From Acidobacteriota bacterium (GTDB lineage: Bacteria > Acidobacteriota > Thermoanaerobaculia > Multivoradales > J023): DNA of 64,000 nt. This document shows positions 9,540-19,433 of this stretch, piece by piece. The translations under genes and the position numbers were made by a program. The stretch's first letter is position 1. Each line of letters begins with the position of its first letter. Below the pieces are notes generated by a model, which saw only the letters and a program-made list of their open reading frames with translations, had not been told where the DNA came from and did no database searches. The stretch lies in contig JAJCXR010000024.1 in NCBI GenBank assembly GCA_029263315.1, forward strand, positions 124,526 through 188,525. The letters are read 5' to 3'.

Positions 9540-11249
9540 TTGACCGCGACGGTCACATGGCTTGCAGCTCCGCTTCCGGAGGGCGTCGAGGCGTTGTGTC
9601 GCCTCGGCTGCTCGACGCATCAAGCGGCCTTGCTGGCCCGGCGGGGCGTTGATCGGGCCGAAGCGCTGCGGGCCTTCCTGGAACCCAGCGTCGAGGACCT
9701 GCACTCTCCTGCCCTGTTGCACGGCATGAAGGAGGCGGTGGATCGCTTGCTGTTGGCCCGCGACGCTGCCCAACGGGTGGCTTTGGTCGGCGACTACGAT
9801 GTCGACGGAGTCAGCGGCACGGCCCTGCTGAGCGCTGTCCTGAAAGCCTGTGGTTTCGAGGTGCGCATGATCTTGCCCCATCGCATGCGCGACGGTTATG
9901 GCTTTCAGCCGGTCCACGTCGAGCGGGCGCAGCAAGAGGGTTGTGCCCTGGTCATCACCATCGACTGTGGCACCACCTCCCATGCCGCCATCGCCGCCGC
10001 CCGGGACGCCGGGCTCGATGTGGTGATCACCGATCATCATCTGCCGGACGGAGAGATGGCCGGCGACATCATCCAGATCAATCCCCAGCAGGACGCCTGT
10101 AGCTATCCCTTCGCCCACCTGTCCGGTGCTGGCTTGGCCTTCAAGCTGGCCCTGGCGGTGGCTGAAGTGTGCGACAAGGAGATCGATGTCCATGCCCTGC
10201 TGCGCATCGCTTGCCTGGGCACCATCGCCGATATGGTGCCGCTGCAGGGGGAGAATCGGGTCATCGCCAAGCTCGGTCTCGAAGCCCTGGCGACGACCCG
10301 CTCGCCGGGTCTCAAAGCCCTGATGCAAGTGGCCCGGGTCCGTCCACCCTTGGCGGCTGACGATATCGGCTTCCGTCTCGGGCCGCGGCTCAATGCCCCC
10401 GGGCGCCTGGCTTCGGCTGAGAAGTCCCTCGAGCTCTTGCTCTGCCGCCATCCCGGACGGGCCCTGCGCCTGGCCACCGACCTCGACCAAACCAATCGCC
10501 AACGGCAAGAAGAGGAGCGGCGGGTGGCTAAGGAGGCGGAAGCCCTGTTTGTCGATCGCCAACCGATGCCGGCCATCCTCGTGGGCTGGAGCCATACTTG
10601 GCATCGCGGGGTGGTGGGCATCGCCGCCGGGCGCTTGGCCCGACGCTTCAACCGCCCCACCGTGCTCTTGGCCGTCGACGGCGAAGCGGCCACCGGCTCG
10701 GGGCGTTCCATCTCCGCCATCCACTTGCATCGGTTCTTGCAGGATTTTGGGTCCCGCTTCGAGCGTTTTGGCGGTCATGCCCAGGCCATCGGCCTGACCG
10801 TGCCCAGCGACGCCTTGGAAGAGCTGCGGCAGGAGTTGGAGCAAGCCGCCGAGCCGTGGCGACCCATGGTTGAAGCTCGGAGCTACAAATATGAAATCGA
10901 ATTGGCGCCCGAGGAGCTGGACGAATCGTTGATCTCACAGCTCTGGTGCCTGGCACCCCATGGCCAGGGCAATGCCCAACCCTTGCTGAAAATCCGCGGT
11001 CCACTGCGACTTGCAGCGCCAGCCCGGCGGTTCGGCAACGATCACCTTTCAGGCCAAGCGGTCGGTCCCGATGGCGGTAAGATACGTTTCGTAGCTTGGG
11101 GATTCGCCCCTCGCTCGACGGAATTCGATGGGGAGTTCGAATTGCTGGGATTTATCGAACGGGATCGCTATCTCGGGGGCAGCGTGCTGCGCCTCCTGGA
11201 TTGCCGCGCCTATGAGAGCTCCCGTGGTTCGACGGCGGGGGAGGCCTGA
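9540..11249 (+). CDS. recJ: Single-stranded-DNA-specific exonuclease RecJ
   Basis: DHH motifs (VALVGDYDVDGVSG, ITDHH) and a DHHA1 domain. TTG start. Confidence 0.9.
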   Translation: MTATVTWLAAPLPEGVEALCRLGCSTHQAALLARRGVDRAEALRAFLEPSVEDLHSPALLHGMKEAVDRLLLARDAAQRVALVGDYDVDGVSGTALLSAVLKACGFEVRMILPHRMRDGYGFQPVHVERAQQEGCALVITIDCGTTSHAAIAAARDAGLDVVITDHHLPDGEMAGDIIQINPQQDACSYPFAHLSGAGLAFKLALAVAEVCDKEIDVHALLRIACLGTIADMVPLQGENRVIAKLGLEALATTRSPGLKALMQVARVRPPLAADDIGFRLGPRLNAPGRLASAEKSLELLLCRHPGRALRLATDLDQTNRQRQEEERRVAKEAEALFVDRQPMPAILVGWSHTWHRGVVGIAAGRLARRFNRPTVLLAVDGEAATGSGRSISAIHLHRFLQDFGSRFERFGGHAQAIGLTVPSDALEELRQELEQAAEPWRPMVEARSYKYEIELAPEELDESLISQLWCLAPHGQGNAQPLLKIRGPLRLAAPARRFGNDHLSGQAVGPDGGKIRFVAWGFAPRSTEFDGEFELLGFIERDRYLGGSVLRLLDCRAYESSRGSTAGEA

Positions 11250-11250
11250 G

Positions 11251-13260
11251 ATGGCCCAACTCGTGCGGGCCAAGAGCCCGGTGCGTTGGTTGCGCCGCAT
11301 CCTGTTGCTGGTTGGATTTGTCTCCCTGGCGGCGCTGGTGGTCATGTTGGCGGCCTATCAATTCGGCCGCATGGATCTTCCGGAGGCCCTCGACAGCGAA
11401 CGCCAACGTCCCGAGCTGGCCAGCGATCAGCGCACCTTGACCTCCGGCCAGGGCTTTGATTATGTGCAGTGGAGCCAAGGGCGCAAAGTGTTCAGGATTC
11501 GTGCCGAGCGCAGTCAGCAGGACCGCGACGAGACGGCCCGTCTGGAGAGCGTGACACTGGATATTTTCCGCAGCGCCGAGGGCGAGGTTTACACCATCAC
11601 CAGTCGCCAAGCGCGGGTCAACCAGAGCACTTGGGCCGCCGAGCTGGAGGGCGACGTGGTGATCCGTGGCTGGGACAATCTGGTGCTCGAGGCACGGGCC
11701 ATCGAGTTGCTGGAGGGAGGGCAGCTGTTACAGAGCCGTGGCGCGGTGGAGTTTCGCTACCCACCGGAGATCGTCGGTCGGGCTTCCCAACTGCGTCTCG
11801 ATCGCAAGGAAGATTTGATCACCCTGAGCGGTGGTGTCCATGTCAAGACGGTGCCGGAGGCAGCGGTAGCCATGCGCCTGGACTGCGAGCGCTTGGTCTA
11901 TCGACAGGAAGAGGGCTTGGTGCGGGCCATGGACGATGTCCTGCTGCGACGGGGCCAGCAGGAAATCCGCGGCCGCGTGTTGACCATGTTCATGACTCCG
12001 GAAAAGGAGCTACAGAGTTTGCGGGCCCGTTTCGATGTCAAGGGCTTGATGCATACCCTGAGCGATCTCGGCCTGCCCGGGGAAGTGGGCTTCAGCGGCC
12101 AGTTGCTCGACATCACACCCCAGGAAGGGCACCGGGATGCGTACACCATTCGCCTCGAAGGGGGGCCGGAAGGCGGGCCTTCGATCATCCGCATGGTGGA
12201 CGCCAGCGGCCTCGCACGCCGGATGACCGGACGGGTGTTGGAGAGCCAAACGTCACCGTCTGGCCTCGACTTGGTGGAGGGCACCGGCGACCCGCTGGTG
12301 ATCGACGAATACCTAGACTTTCCGCAGCCCTTCCAGCTGCGCCAGGCCTGTGCCCGCAAGGTGACGGCCCGCTTTCTCGACAACGGCGATCTCGGTTACA
12401 TGGAGCTCGAGCAATCCGTCGAGTTGCGGGATCAGCGGGTGCATCTGAGCGGTGGTGAGCGGGCGTCCCTCGATCTGGTCCAAGGCCAAGTGGAGATCGA
12501 GGGGCGAGGGGTCGAGCTCTACAATGACCGCGGTGACGTGGCGGCGCCCCATATTTCGTATTCCCAAGACAACGGCTACATCCATGCCAAGGGTGGCGTA
12601 CGGGCTCGCCTGGTTCCCGGCACGGCCTTGCGCGACACGCCGTTCTCCAACGGTGAAGGCCCCTTGCACGTCGAGTCCGCCGAGGCGTTCTGGGCCGGAG
12701 AGCCGCCGGCCTTTGCTTTCCGTGGCGCCGTGCGGGCCTGGCGGGAGCAGAACCTGTTGCTCACCGAACAGTTGCGCGGTGACCAGGAGGGACGGCAGAT
12801 GTCGGCCGCCGGGGGGGTCAAAACAAAGTGGATTCCGACTTCGCGCTCCGCCTTCGAGGGGGCCGGCCAACCGGTGGAGGTGGACGCCCAGCAGCTGAGC
12901 TACCGTCAGGACGAGCGCCAGCTTCTCTACAGTGGTGAGGTGACGGTGCACCAGGAGGAGCGCACCATCCGTTGCGACGAGCTGTCGGTCGATCTCAGTG
13001 CCGACGGCAGCGACGCCGAACGCATGACCTGTGAAGGCAATGTAGTTCTCGTCGATCCACCGGCGAATCGTCGGGTGCTCGGCGACCGGGCGGTCTATAC
13101 TGTACAGAAGCAGCAGGTGGAGATCTTCGGCAACAACGTGCGCCTCATCGATGCCGACAACAACAACCTCGAAGGTCGCTACCTGAGCTATGACCTGAAC
13201 GCCGGGACCGTCCACCTGCAGAGTCGGGTCCCCATGACCACTGCCTCTGAGGTACCATGA
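11251..13260 (+). CDS. LptC-like membrane anchor fused to LptA/OstA-like periplasmic repeats
   Basis: 670 aa. It has an N-terminal TM helix and OstA-type beta-jellyroll sequence motifs across the protein, e.g. [20 protein letters not shown] and [37 protein letters not shown]. It sits directly upstream of lptB-rpoN, where lptC-lptA lie in the E. coli gene order. Confidence 0.7.
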   Translation: MAQLVRAKSPVRWLRRILLLVGFVSLAALVVMLAAYQFGRMDLPEALDSERQRPELASDQRTLTSGQGFDYVQWSQGRKVFRIRAERSQQDRDETARLESVTLDIFRSAEGEVYTITSRQARVNQSTWAAELEGDVVIRGWDNLVLEARAIELLEGGQLLQSRGAVEFRYPPEIVGRASQLRLDRKEDLITLSGGVHVKTVPEAAVAMRLDCERLVYRQEEGLVRAMDDVLLRRGQQEIRGRVLTMFMTPEKELQSLRARFDVKGLMHTLSDLGLPGEVGFSGQLLDITPQEGHRDAYTIRLEGGPEGGPSIIRMVDASGLARRMTGRVLESQTSPSGLDLVEGTGDPLVIDEYLDFPQPFQLRQACARKVTARFLDNGDLGYMELEQSVELRDQRVHLSGGERASLDLVQGQVEIEGRGVELYNDRGDVAAPHISYSQDNGYIHAKGGVRARLVPGTALRDTPFSNGEGPLHVESAEAFWAGEPPAFAFRGAVRAWREQNLLLTEQLRGDQEGRQMSAAGGVKTKWIPTSRSAFEGAGQPVEVDAQQLSYRQDERQLLYSGEVTVHQEERTIRCDELSVDLSADGSDAERMTCEGNVVLVDPPANRRVLGDRAVYTVQKQQVEIFGNNVRLIDADNNNLEGRYLSYDLNAGTVHLQSRVPMTTASEVP

Positions 13261-13985
13261 GCATCAAGAGTCTGTCGACCCAAAATCTGCGCAAGGTGTA
13301 TCGTGGCCGAGCCGTCGTCAACGATGTCTCGATCTCGGTGCAGCAAGGCGAGGTGGTGGGTTTGCTCGGTCCCAACGGGGCCGGCAAGACCACGACCTTC
13401 TACATGGTGGTCGGGCTGACGGCGCCGGACCGCGGGCAGGTGGTGTTCGGAGAGACCGACATCACAGACCTGCCCATGTACTTGCGGGCCAAACGGGGCA
13501 TCAGCTATTTGCCGCAGGAGGCTTCCATCTTTCGTAAGATGACGGTGGAAGGCAACTTGAGGGCTATTTTCGAAACCTTGGATCTGCCCCGTGCCGAGCA
13601 AGCACGGCGTACGGAGCTGCTGCTGCGGGAGTTTGGATTGGTAGCCATTCGCAAGAGCCCAGGGTACGCTCTGTCCGGCGGTGAGAGACGCCGTGTAGAG
13701 ATTGCCCGTGCCTTGGCCATCGACCCTTCCTTTATTCTCCTCGACGAGCCCTTCGCCGGCATTGATCCCATTGCGGTGCTCGATATTCAGTCGATCATCC
13801 GCCATCTGAAGGAAATGGGAATCGGCGTCTTGATCACCGACCACAATGTGCGGGAGACTTTGAAGATCACCGACCGCGCCTATATCATCAACAACGGCGA
13901 GATCTTACGTGCGGGTTCACCGCAAGAGCTCTCTGCCGACGCCCAAGTGCGCAAGATTTACTTGGGTGAAGAGTTCAGTCTTTGA
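13257..13985 (+). CDS. lptB: LPS export ABC transporter ATP-binding protein LptB
   Basis: Walker [10 protein letters not shown], signature LSGGERRR, Walker B ILLDEP. The C-terminus is LptB-like. Confidence 0.9.
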   Translation: MSIKSLSTQNLRKVYRGRAVVNDVSISVQQGEVVGLLGPNGAGKTTTFYMVVGLTAPDRGQVVFGETDITDLPMYLRAKRGISYLPQEASIFRKMTVEGNLRAIFETLDLPRAEQARRTELLLREFGLVAIRKSPGYALSGGERRRVEIARALAIDPSFILLDEPFAGIDPIAVLDIQSIIRHLKEMGIGVLITDHNVRETLKITDRAYIINNGEILRAGSPQELSADAQVRKIYLGEEFSL

Positions 13986-13999
13986 TCGAGCCCTAAACG

Positions 14000-15637
14000 A
14001 TGGCCCTGGAGCAGAAACTCAGTCTAAAGCTTGCCCAAAAGCTCGTCATGACGCCCTCTTTGCAGCAGGCGATCAAGCTGCTGCAAATGACCCGCATGGA
14101 GCTCGAAGGTGTCCTCAACCAAGAGATGGTGGAGAATCCACTTCTCGAGGAGAACCTCGAGTCGACCGAAGAGGAGGCTCCGGCGGCGGACGAAGAAACG
14201 CCGGAGACGGACACCCTCTCCGACATCGATCTCGATGCCTATTTCGGCGACTACGCCGAGAGCTGGGAGGGTCAATCCCAAGGCTCCGTCTATGAGGAGC
14301 GGCAGGGTCCACCCCTGGAGAATACTCTCACCCGGTCCGACGATCTCTACGATCATCTGCTCTTCCAACTCCACATGCTCGATCTCGATGCGCGGCAGAA
14401 AGAGCTGACGGAGTTCATCGTCGGCAACCTGGACGCCGACGGCTTCCTGGTCGCCTCCTTCGAGGAGCTCCAACGGGCCGCGGCGTTGAGCAAGCCGTCC
14501 GAGGGCACGGCGATGGATTCGGACAATGGCGCAGAGGCCCCCGACGCAGCATCGGAACCGCTATTCGATGCCGCAGAGATCGACGCCGAAGCTGACCGGG
14601 CCGAAGATTCGGACGCCGGGTCCGAGGATCGGGCCCTCGACGTCGAGGCGAGCCAAGATTTGGCAGAGAGCGAAGCGTCGAGCATGGCGGCGGGCGATGA
14701 AAGATTCAGTCGCCAAGAAGTCGAGGAGGCCTTGAGTCTGGTGCGGGGTCTCGATCCCCCGGGAATCGCCTGTTGGACTCTTCAAGAGAGCCTGCTGCAG
14801 CAGCTGATCGCCAGGGGAGACGACGAAAGCTCGAGGGCCTATCTGCTGGTGCGCGACCGTTGGGACGCCTTCACCCACCGCAAGTTCGAGGCCATCGCCA
14901 AGAGTTTGGGCATCCCCCTACAAGAGTTGCGGCCGGTGGTGGAGGACATCGCCGGTCTCGAGACCCGCCCGGGACGCCCTTTCAACAATGAGCGCACCCA
15001 CTATGTGGAACCCGATGTGCATGTCGTCAAGGTGGGGGGCGAGTACGTCATCCAACTGAACGACAATGGGCTGCCTCGCCTGCGCATTAGCCGGGCCTAC
15101 CGCAAGATGCTGCGGACCATGCGCAGCCAGGGCTCCGAGGCGGAGGCCCAGGCCTATATCAAGGACAAGATGCGCTCCGCCCTGTGGTTGATCAAGAGCC
15201 TCGATCAAAGGCAGCGGACCATTTATAAGGTCGCCGCTTCCATCGTGCAGCAGCAAAAGGATTTCCTAGAACATGGGGTCGACCACCTAAGACCCATGGT
15301 GCTACGGGACGTGGCCGAGGATATCGAGATGCACGAGTCGACGGTCAGCCGGGTAGTATCGAACAAATACATCCACACCCCACGCGGTTTGCTGCCGATG
15401 AAGTTCTTTTTCCACAGCGGTATCGATCGGGAATATGGCGGTGATATCTCTTCCTTGACCGTCAAGGGCAAGATCAAGCAGCTCATCCAGGACGAAGAAC
15501 CGAAAAAGCCCCTATCCGATAGCGAATTGATGCGAATTCTCAACCGTGAGGGTATTCATATCGCCCGGCGAACCGTCGCCAAGTATCGCGACGAGCTGTC
15601 GATTCCATCTTCCACCGACCGCAAACGAATCTTCTGA
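14000..15637 (+). CDS. rpoN: RNA polymerase sigma-54 factor
   Basis: N-terminal region I LSLKLAQKLVMTPSLQQAIKLLQM, an acidic region II, and the C-terminal RpoN box ARRTVAKYR. Confidence 0.95.
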   Translation: MALEQKLSLKLAQKLVMTPSLQQAIKLLQMTRMELEGVLNQEMVENPLLEENLESTEEEAPAADEETPETDTLSDIDLDAYFGDYAESWEGQSQGSVYEERQGPPLENTLTRSDDLYDHLLFQLHMLDLDARQKELTEFIVGNLDADGFLVASFEELQRAAALSKPSEGTAMDSDNGAEAPDAASEPLFDAAEIDAEADRAEDSDAGSEDRALDVEASQDLAESEASSMAAGDERFSRQEVEEALSLVRGLDPPGIACWTLQESLLQQLIARGDDESSRAYLLVRDRWDAFTHRKFEAIAKSLGIPLQELRPVVEDIAGLETRPGRPFNNERTHYVEPDVHVVKVGGEYVIQLNDNGLPRLRISRAYRKMLRTMRSQGSEAEAQAYIKDKMRSALWLIKSLDQRQRTIYKVAASIVQQQKDFLEHGVDHLRPMVLRDVAEDIEMHESTVSRVVSNKYIHTPRGLLPMKFFFHSGIDREYGGDISSLTVKGKIKQLIQDEEPKKPLSDSELMRILNREGIHIARRTVAKYRDELSIPSSTDRKRIF

Positions 15638-15706
15638 TCGGCGATCTTCTGACCTCCGACCCATCGACAGCGACCTTCCGACCACGAACCTAGAGGAGGA
15701 ACGGCA

Positions 15707-16255
15707 ATGCAGATCGATTTCACCGGCAGACACTTCGAGCTCGACGATGACATCAAAGAGCTGGCCGCCAAGCGATTGCACAAACTGGATAAGTTCGTCG
15801 AAGATCCGGTAGGGGTACAATTAGTATTGGTGGCAGAGAAAAATCGCCAGACCGCGGAGCTCCATGTGAGCCACCGTTTCGGTAGCCTCAAGGCGACGGA
15901 GAGCGCCGACGACATGCGCGATGCGATCTATGCCGCCGCCGACAAGGCGGAGAAGCAGGCCCGGCGTTCGCGCAAGAAGTTCATCGATCAGCGACGGCGT
16001 GGCCAGCGCGGCAGTGGTCCTCACAATTGGCCGCTGGACATCCTCGAAGCGCAGAGTATGAGCTCTGAGGAGGGGCCGAAGGTGGTCAAAACCACCTCGT
16101 TGCCGATCAAACCCATGAGCATCGAGACCGCAGCCTCAGAGCTCGGGAGGTCGAAGAACGATTTTTTCGTATTTCGGGATTCCGACACGGACAAAGTCAG
16201 CGTCATCTACCGCCGCAAGGACGACAACTTCGGCTTGATCGCCCCCGACTTCTAG
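15707..16255 (+). CDS. hpf: Ribosome hibernation promoting factor (long HPF)
   Basis: MQIDFTGRHFELDDDIKE... S30AE domain plus a C-terminal extension. Confidence 0.9.
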   Translation: MQIDFTGRHFELDDDIKELAAKRLHKLDKFVEDPVGVQLVLVAEKNRQTAELHVSHRFGSLKATESADDMRDAIYAAADKAEKQARRSRKKFIDQRRRGQRGSGPHNWPLDILEAQSMSSEEGPKVVKTTSLPIKPMSIETAASELGRSKNDFFVFRDSDTDKVSVIYRRKDDNFGLIAPDF

Positions 16256-16279
16256 GTGGCCTAGGCTTTAAGGAATCTG

Positions 16280-16735
16280 ATGGAGCTCGGTAGCCACATT
16301 CGTCCAGAGCTGATCTTCCCAGCTCTGGACGTCAACAGCCAAAAATCGTTGTTACGTGCCGTCGCCAAACGCATGGCGGCGAGTCACCCTGACCTCTCGG
16401 AGGATGAGCTCTATGCCAAGCTCTTGGAGAGGGAAGAGCTGGAATCGACGGCTTTTGGCGAGGGTGTGGCGATTCCCCATTGCAAGGTCGACGGCCTGGA
16501 GGACATCTTGGTGGCGGTTGCGGTGGTCGAGGATGGCATCGACTTCGGCGCCGTCGATGGTGAGCCGGTTCGAGTTTTCTTCTGCATCGTCTCGTCAGCG
16601 CACTCGCCGGTCGCCCACCTCCAATGCCTGGCGACGATTTCTCGCTGGGTCAAGTCACGGTCCCGTGTGCAAGGGCTGCTCGAGCTCGAGACCGCCGATG
16701 AGATCTACGCCTACTTGAACGAGACCGGTGGCTGA
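16280..16735 (+). CDS. ptsN: PTS IIA-like nitrogen regulatory protein (EIIA-Ntr)
   Basis: PTS EIIA type-2 fold with the active-site His in GVAIPHC. Confidence 0.85.
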   Translation: MELGSHIRPELIFPALDVNSQKSLLRAVAKRMAASHPDLSEDELYAKLLEREELESTAFGEGVAIPHCKVDGLEDILVAVAVVEDGIDFGAVDGEPVRVFFCIVSSAHSPVAHLQCLATISRWVKSRSRVQGLLELETADEIYAYLNETGG

Positions 16736-17706
16736 TGCCGGGTTCCACCAAGGAGCCGGTCAGTGTCGAGGTTACCGAGCTCCTCGGTCCCGAGCTTTCG
16801 GACCTTCGGCTCAAGGTGCTGTGCGCCGAGGATCACCTCGACCGCAGCATTTCCCATCCGCGGGTCCAGAAGCCGGGCCTCGCCTTTGCCGGCTATTACG
16901 CCTACATCAAACCCGGGCGGGTGCAGATCATCGGCGAGAGCGAAACCGCGTACCTCAATACGGTGCCGCAGAAGGAGCGCCGCGTCCGCTTTGAGAAGAT
17001 GGCAGAGATGCCGATCCCGGTCTTTGTGATCACCAAGGGTATCGAGCCGTTTCCCACCTTTCTCCAGCTTTGCCGAGATAACCGCCTGCCGATTCTCAGC
17101 TCGCCGGTGCTGTCGTCAACGGTGATCAAACGCCTCAGCTTCTTCCTCGAAGATCACTTGGTGCCGGTCACCCGGCTGCATGGGGTGCTGATGGAGGTTT
17201 ATGGTTTGGGGGTCCTGTTGATCGGGAAGAGCGGCATGGGAAAGAGTGAGGCGGCCCTCGACTTGATCACCCGAGGGCATAGCCTGGTGGCCGACGACCG
17301 GGTGACCATCCGCCGCTATCCGAGCGGCGATCTCATCGGTTATGGTGAGGAGCCGATCAAACATCACATGGAGCTCCGCGGCCTCGGCATCATCAACGTC
17401 AAAGACCTGTTTGGGCTCGCCGCGGTGCGTCATCGCAAGACGATCGATCTAGTGGTGGAGCTCGAGCCCTGGACGCAGGGCAAAGTCTATGATCGACTTG
17501 GGCTCGACGAGAGTGTATTCAACATCCTCGACAGCCCAGTACCGTACATCCGCATGCCCATCGCCACCGGTCGCAATGTCGCCAGTCTGGTGGAGATCGC
17601 CGCTCGGAACCACTTTCTCAAGCTCCAAGGGCACGATTCAGCCCGTGAGCTGGCACTCAAGCTCGAGGCAGAAATTGAACGCAAACGACGACGCAGCCAA
17701 CACTGA
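16735..17706 (+). CDS. hprK: HPr kinase/phosphorylase
   Basis: P-loop GKSGMGKSE and HprK C-terminal domain motifs (LVADD, ELRGLGI). Confidence 0.9.
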   Translation: MPGSTKEPVSVEVTELLGPELSDLRLKVLCAEDHLDRSISHPRVQKPGLAFAGYYAYIKPGRVQIIGESETAYLNTVPQKERRVRFEKMAEMPIPVFVITKGIEPFPTFLQLCRDNRLPILSSPVLSSTVIKRLSFFLEDHLVPVTRLHGVLMEVYGLGVLLIGKSGMGKSEAALDLITRGHSLVADDRVTIRRYPSGDLIGYGEEPIKHHMELRGLGIINVKDLFGLAAVRHRKTIDLVVELEPWTQGKVYDRLGLDESVFNILDSPVPYIRMPIATGRNVASLVEIAARNHFLKLQGHDSARELALKLEAEIERKRRRSQH

Positions 17707-18604
17707 TCCGGACCTGCCGGCGGAGCCCGCTGAGGATGATCTTCGGGTCGTTCTGGTCACCGGTCTTTCGGGCTCCGGCAAGAGCACCGCCGCCAACGCC
17801 CTCGAAGATCTGGGTTTCTACTGCGTCGACAATCTGCCGTTGCCCCTGTTGCTCACCCTGCTGGAAGATCCGGCGGGGCAGGTGGGGCCGGAGCACCGTC
17901 GGCTGGCGGTGGTCACCGATGTGCGGGCCGCCCGCTTCGCCGAGCTGGCCCCCCGGCTGTTGGCCGGTCTCGATCGTCAGCGCATGGCCTTGACCATCTT
18001 CTTCCTCGAAGCTTCTGAAGAATGCTTGCAGCGCCGGTTTTCGGCCACCCGGCGCGTCCATCCCCTCGGCCAAGGACAACGTCCGGTGATCGACGGCATT
18101 CGTCGCGAGATCGAGTTGTTGGCCGACCTCCGGGGCATGGCGGATCGCATCTTGGACACTACCGATTGGACGGTGCACGATGTGCGGGGCGAAATCTACC
18201 GTGAGTTTGCCGGCGACGTGGAGACCAAGGCGCAGTTGGTGGTCTCTTTGTCGAGCTTTGGTTTCAAATATGGCGTGCCGGCGGGGAGCGACCTGCTGTT
18301 CGATGTGCGCTTCTTGCCCAATCCCTACTTTGTCCCGCAGTTGCGCGAGCTCAGCGGTCGAGACACCGCCATCCAAGAATACCTGGACGCCGAGCCCGAC
18401 TTCGCCGAGCTCTTGCAACGCCTCGAGGACCTCCTGCTCTACTTGCTGCCCAAGTACCGCGATGAGTATCGTCGCTATGTCACCGTTTCCGTCGGTTGCA
18501 CCGGAGGCCGTCATCGCTCTGTCGCCATTTGCGAGCGCCTCAATGCGTCGCTGCGGCAAAAGGGCTGGACGATTCGCCTAAACCACCGCGATATCGACCG
18601 TTGA
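17675..18604 (+). CDS. rapZ: RNase adapter protein RapZ (YhbJ-family P-loop NTPase)
   Basis: LVTGLSGSGKSTAANALEDLGFYCVDNLP. The ORF-track start at 17489 overlaps hprK in another frame, so it was trimmed to an in-frame TTG. Confidence 0.8.
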   Translation: MNANDDAANTDPDLPAEPAEDDLRVVLVTGLSGSGKSTAANALEDLGFYCVDNLPLPLLLTLLEDPAGQVGPEHRRLAVVTDVRAARFAELAPRLLAGLDRQRMALTIFFLEASEECLQRRFSATRRVHPLGQGQRPVIDGIRREIELLADLRGMADRILDTTDWTVHDVRGEIYREFAGDVETKAQLVVSLSSFGFKYGVPAGSDLLFDVRFLPNPYFVPQLRELSGRDTAIQEYLDAEPDFAELLQRLEDLLLYLLPKYRDEYRRYVTVSVGCTGGRHRSVAICERLNASLRQKGWTIRLNHRDIDR

Positions 18605-18727
18605 GCCGGGCGCATTGTTTGCCTTGTCTCGGTGCCGGAGATACTATGGCCCAGGTCGCTAGCGCTGTCGTGAGCAAGGTACCCGCACTCTGCACCGTCA
18701 GTAGATCTCTTGCGAGGACATCCCCCG

Positions 18728-19168
18728 ATGGTCGGTGTTTTGATTGTCACCCATGGCGGTACGGCCACTGAGCTTTTGCTCGCTGCCCGCACCATCATCA
18801 AACGTCAGCTTGAGAATTTCGCAGCCCTATCCTTACCGTGGGACGCCGACCGCTCGACAGCCCGAGACGAGATCGATCAACAGATCGTTCGCTTGGACCA
18901 GGGCGCGGGTGTGCTGGTCTTGACCGATTTGTTGGGCGGTACGCCCACCAACCTGGCGATGGATCTTCGCCAGACGGGCCGAGTCGAGATCGTCTCCGGC
19001 GTCAATCTGCCGATGGTAGTGCGTTTGGGTTGTATCGGACGGCCCGATTCAGATCTCGATGCCTTGGCATCCTGGATCCAGGACAAGGCCCGCCAGGGTA
19101 TCCGCTGCGGATCCGAAATTCCTGGGAGCGCCCGCGCTCCCAATATTTGTGAGGACCCAGATGGTTGA
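18728..19168 (+). CDS. PTS mannose/fructose-family EIIA component
   Basis: MVGVLIVTHGG...VLTDLLGGTP matches the EIIA-Man fold. Conserved position between rapZ and ptsH. Confidence 0.75.
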   Translation: MVGVLIVTHGGTATELLLAARTIIKRQLENFAALSLPWDADRSTARDEIDQQIVRLDQGAGVLVLTDLLGGTPTNLAMDLRQTGRVEIVSGVNLPMVVRLGCIGRPDSDLDALASWIQDKARQGIRCGSEIPGSARAPNICEDPDG

Positions 19169-19430
19169 GCGTCACGTGACCATCCCCAACCGATACGGGC
19201 TGCATGCCCGACCCGCGGCCCAGCTCGTTCACCTGGCCAGCAGCTTCGATTGCGATGTCCGGCTGCGGGTGAGCGACGACGTGGTCGACGGCAAAAGTAT
19301 CCTCGGTATCCTCCAACTGGGGGCAGCCCAGGGCACGGATCTCGACGTGGTCTGCGAGGGCACCGACGAAGTGCCGGCGGCTGAGGCTATCAGTGAGCTG
19401 ATCAATAACGGCTTCGGTGAGGATACCTGA
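19161..19430 (+). CDS. ptsH: Phosphocarrier protein HPr/NPr
   Basis: 89 aa with active-site His in NRYGLHARPAA and Ser region GKSILGIL. Internal ATG start at 19161. Confidence 0.85.
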   Translation: MVERHVTIPNRYGLHARPAAQLVHLASSFDCDVRLRVSDDVVDGKSILGILQLGAAQGTDLDVVCEGTDEVPAAEAISELINNGFGEDT

Positions 19431-19433
19431 GCG

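Noticed and set aside
17489-17674. Upstream extension of rapZ (ORF-track start 17489)
   Set aside because: It overlaps hprK out of frame and is not RapZ-like. An in-frame TTG at 17675 gives a normal-length RapZ.
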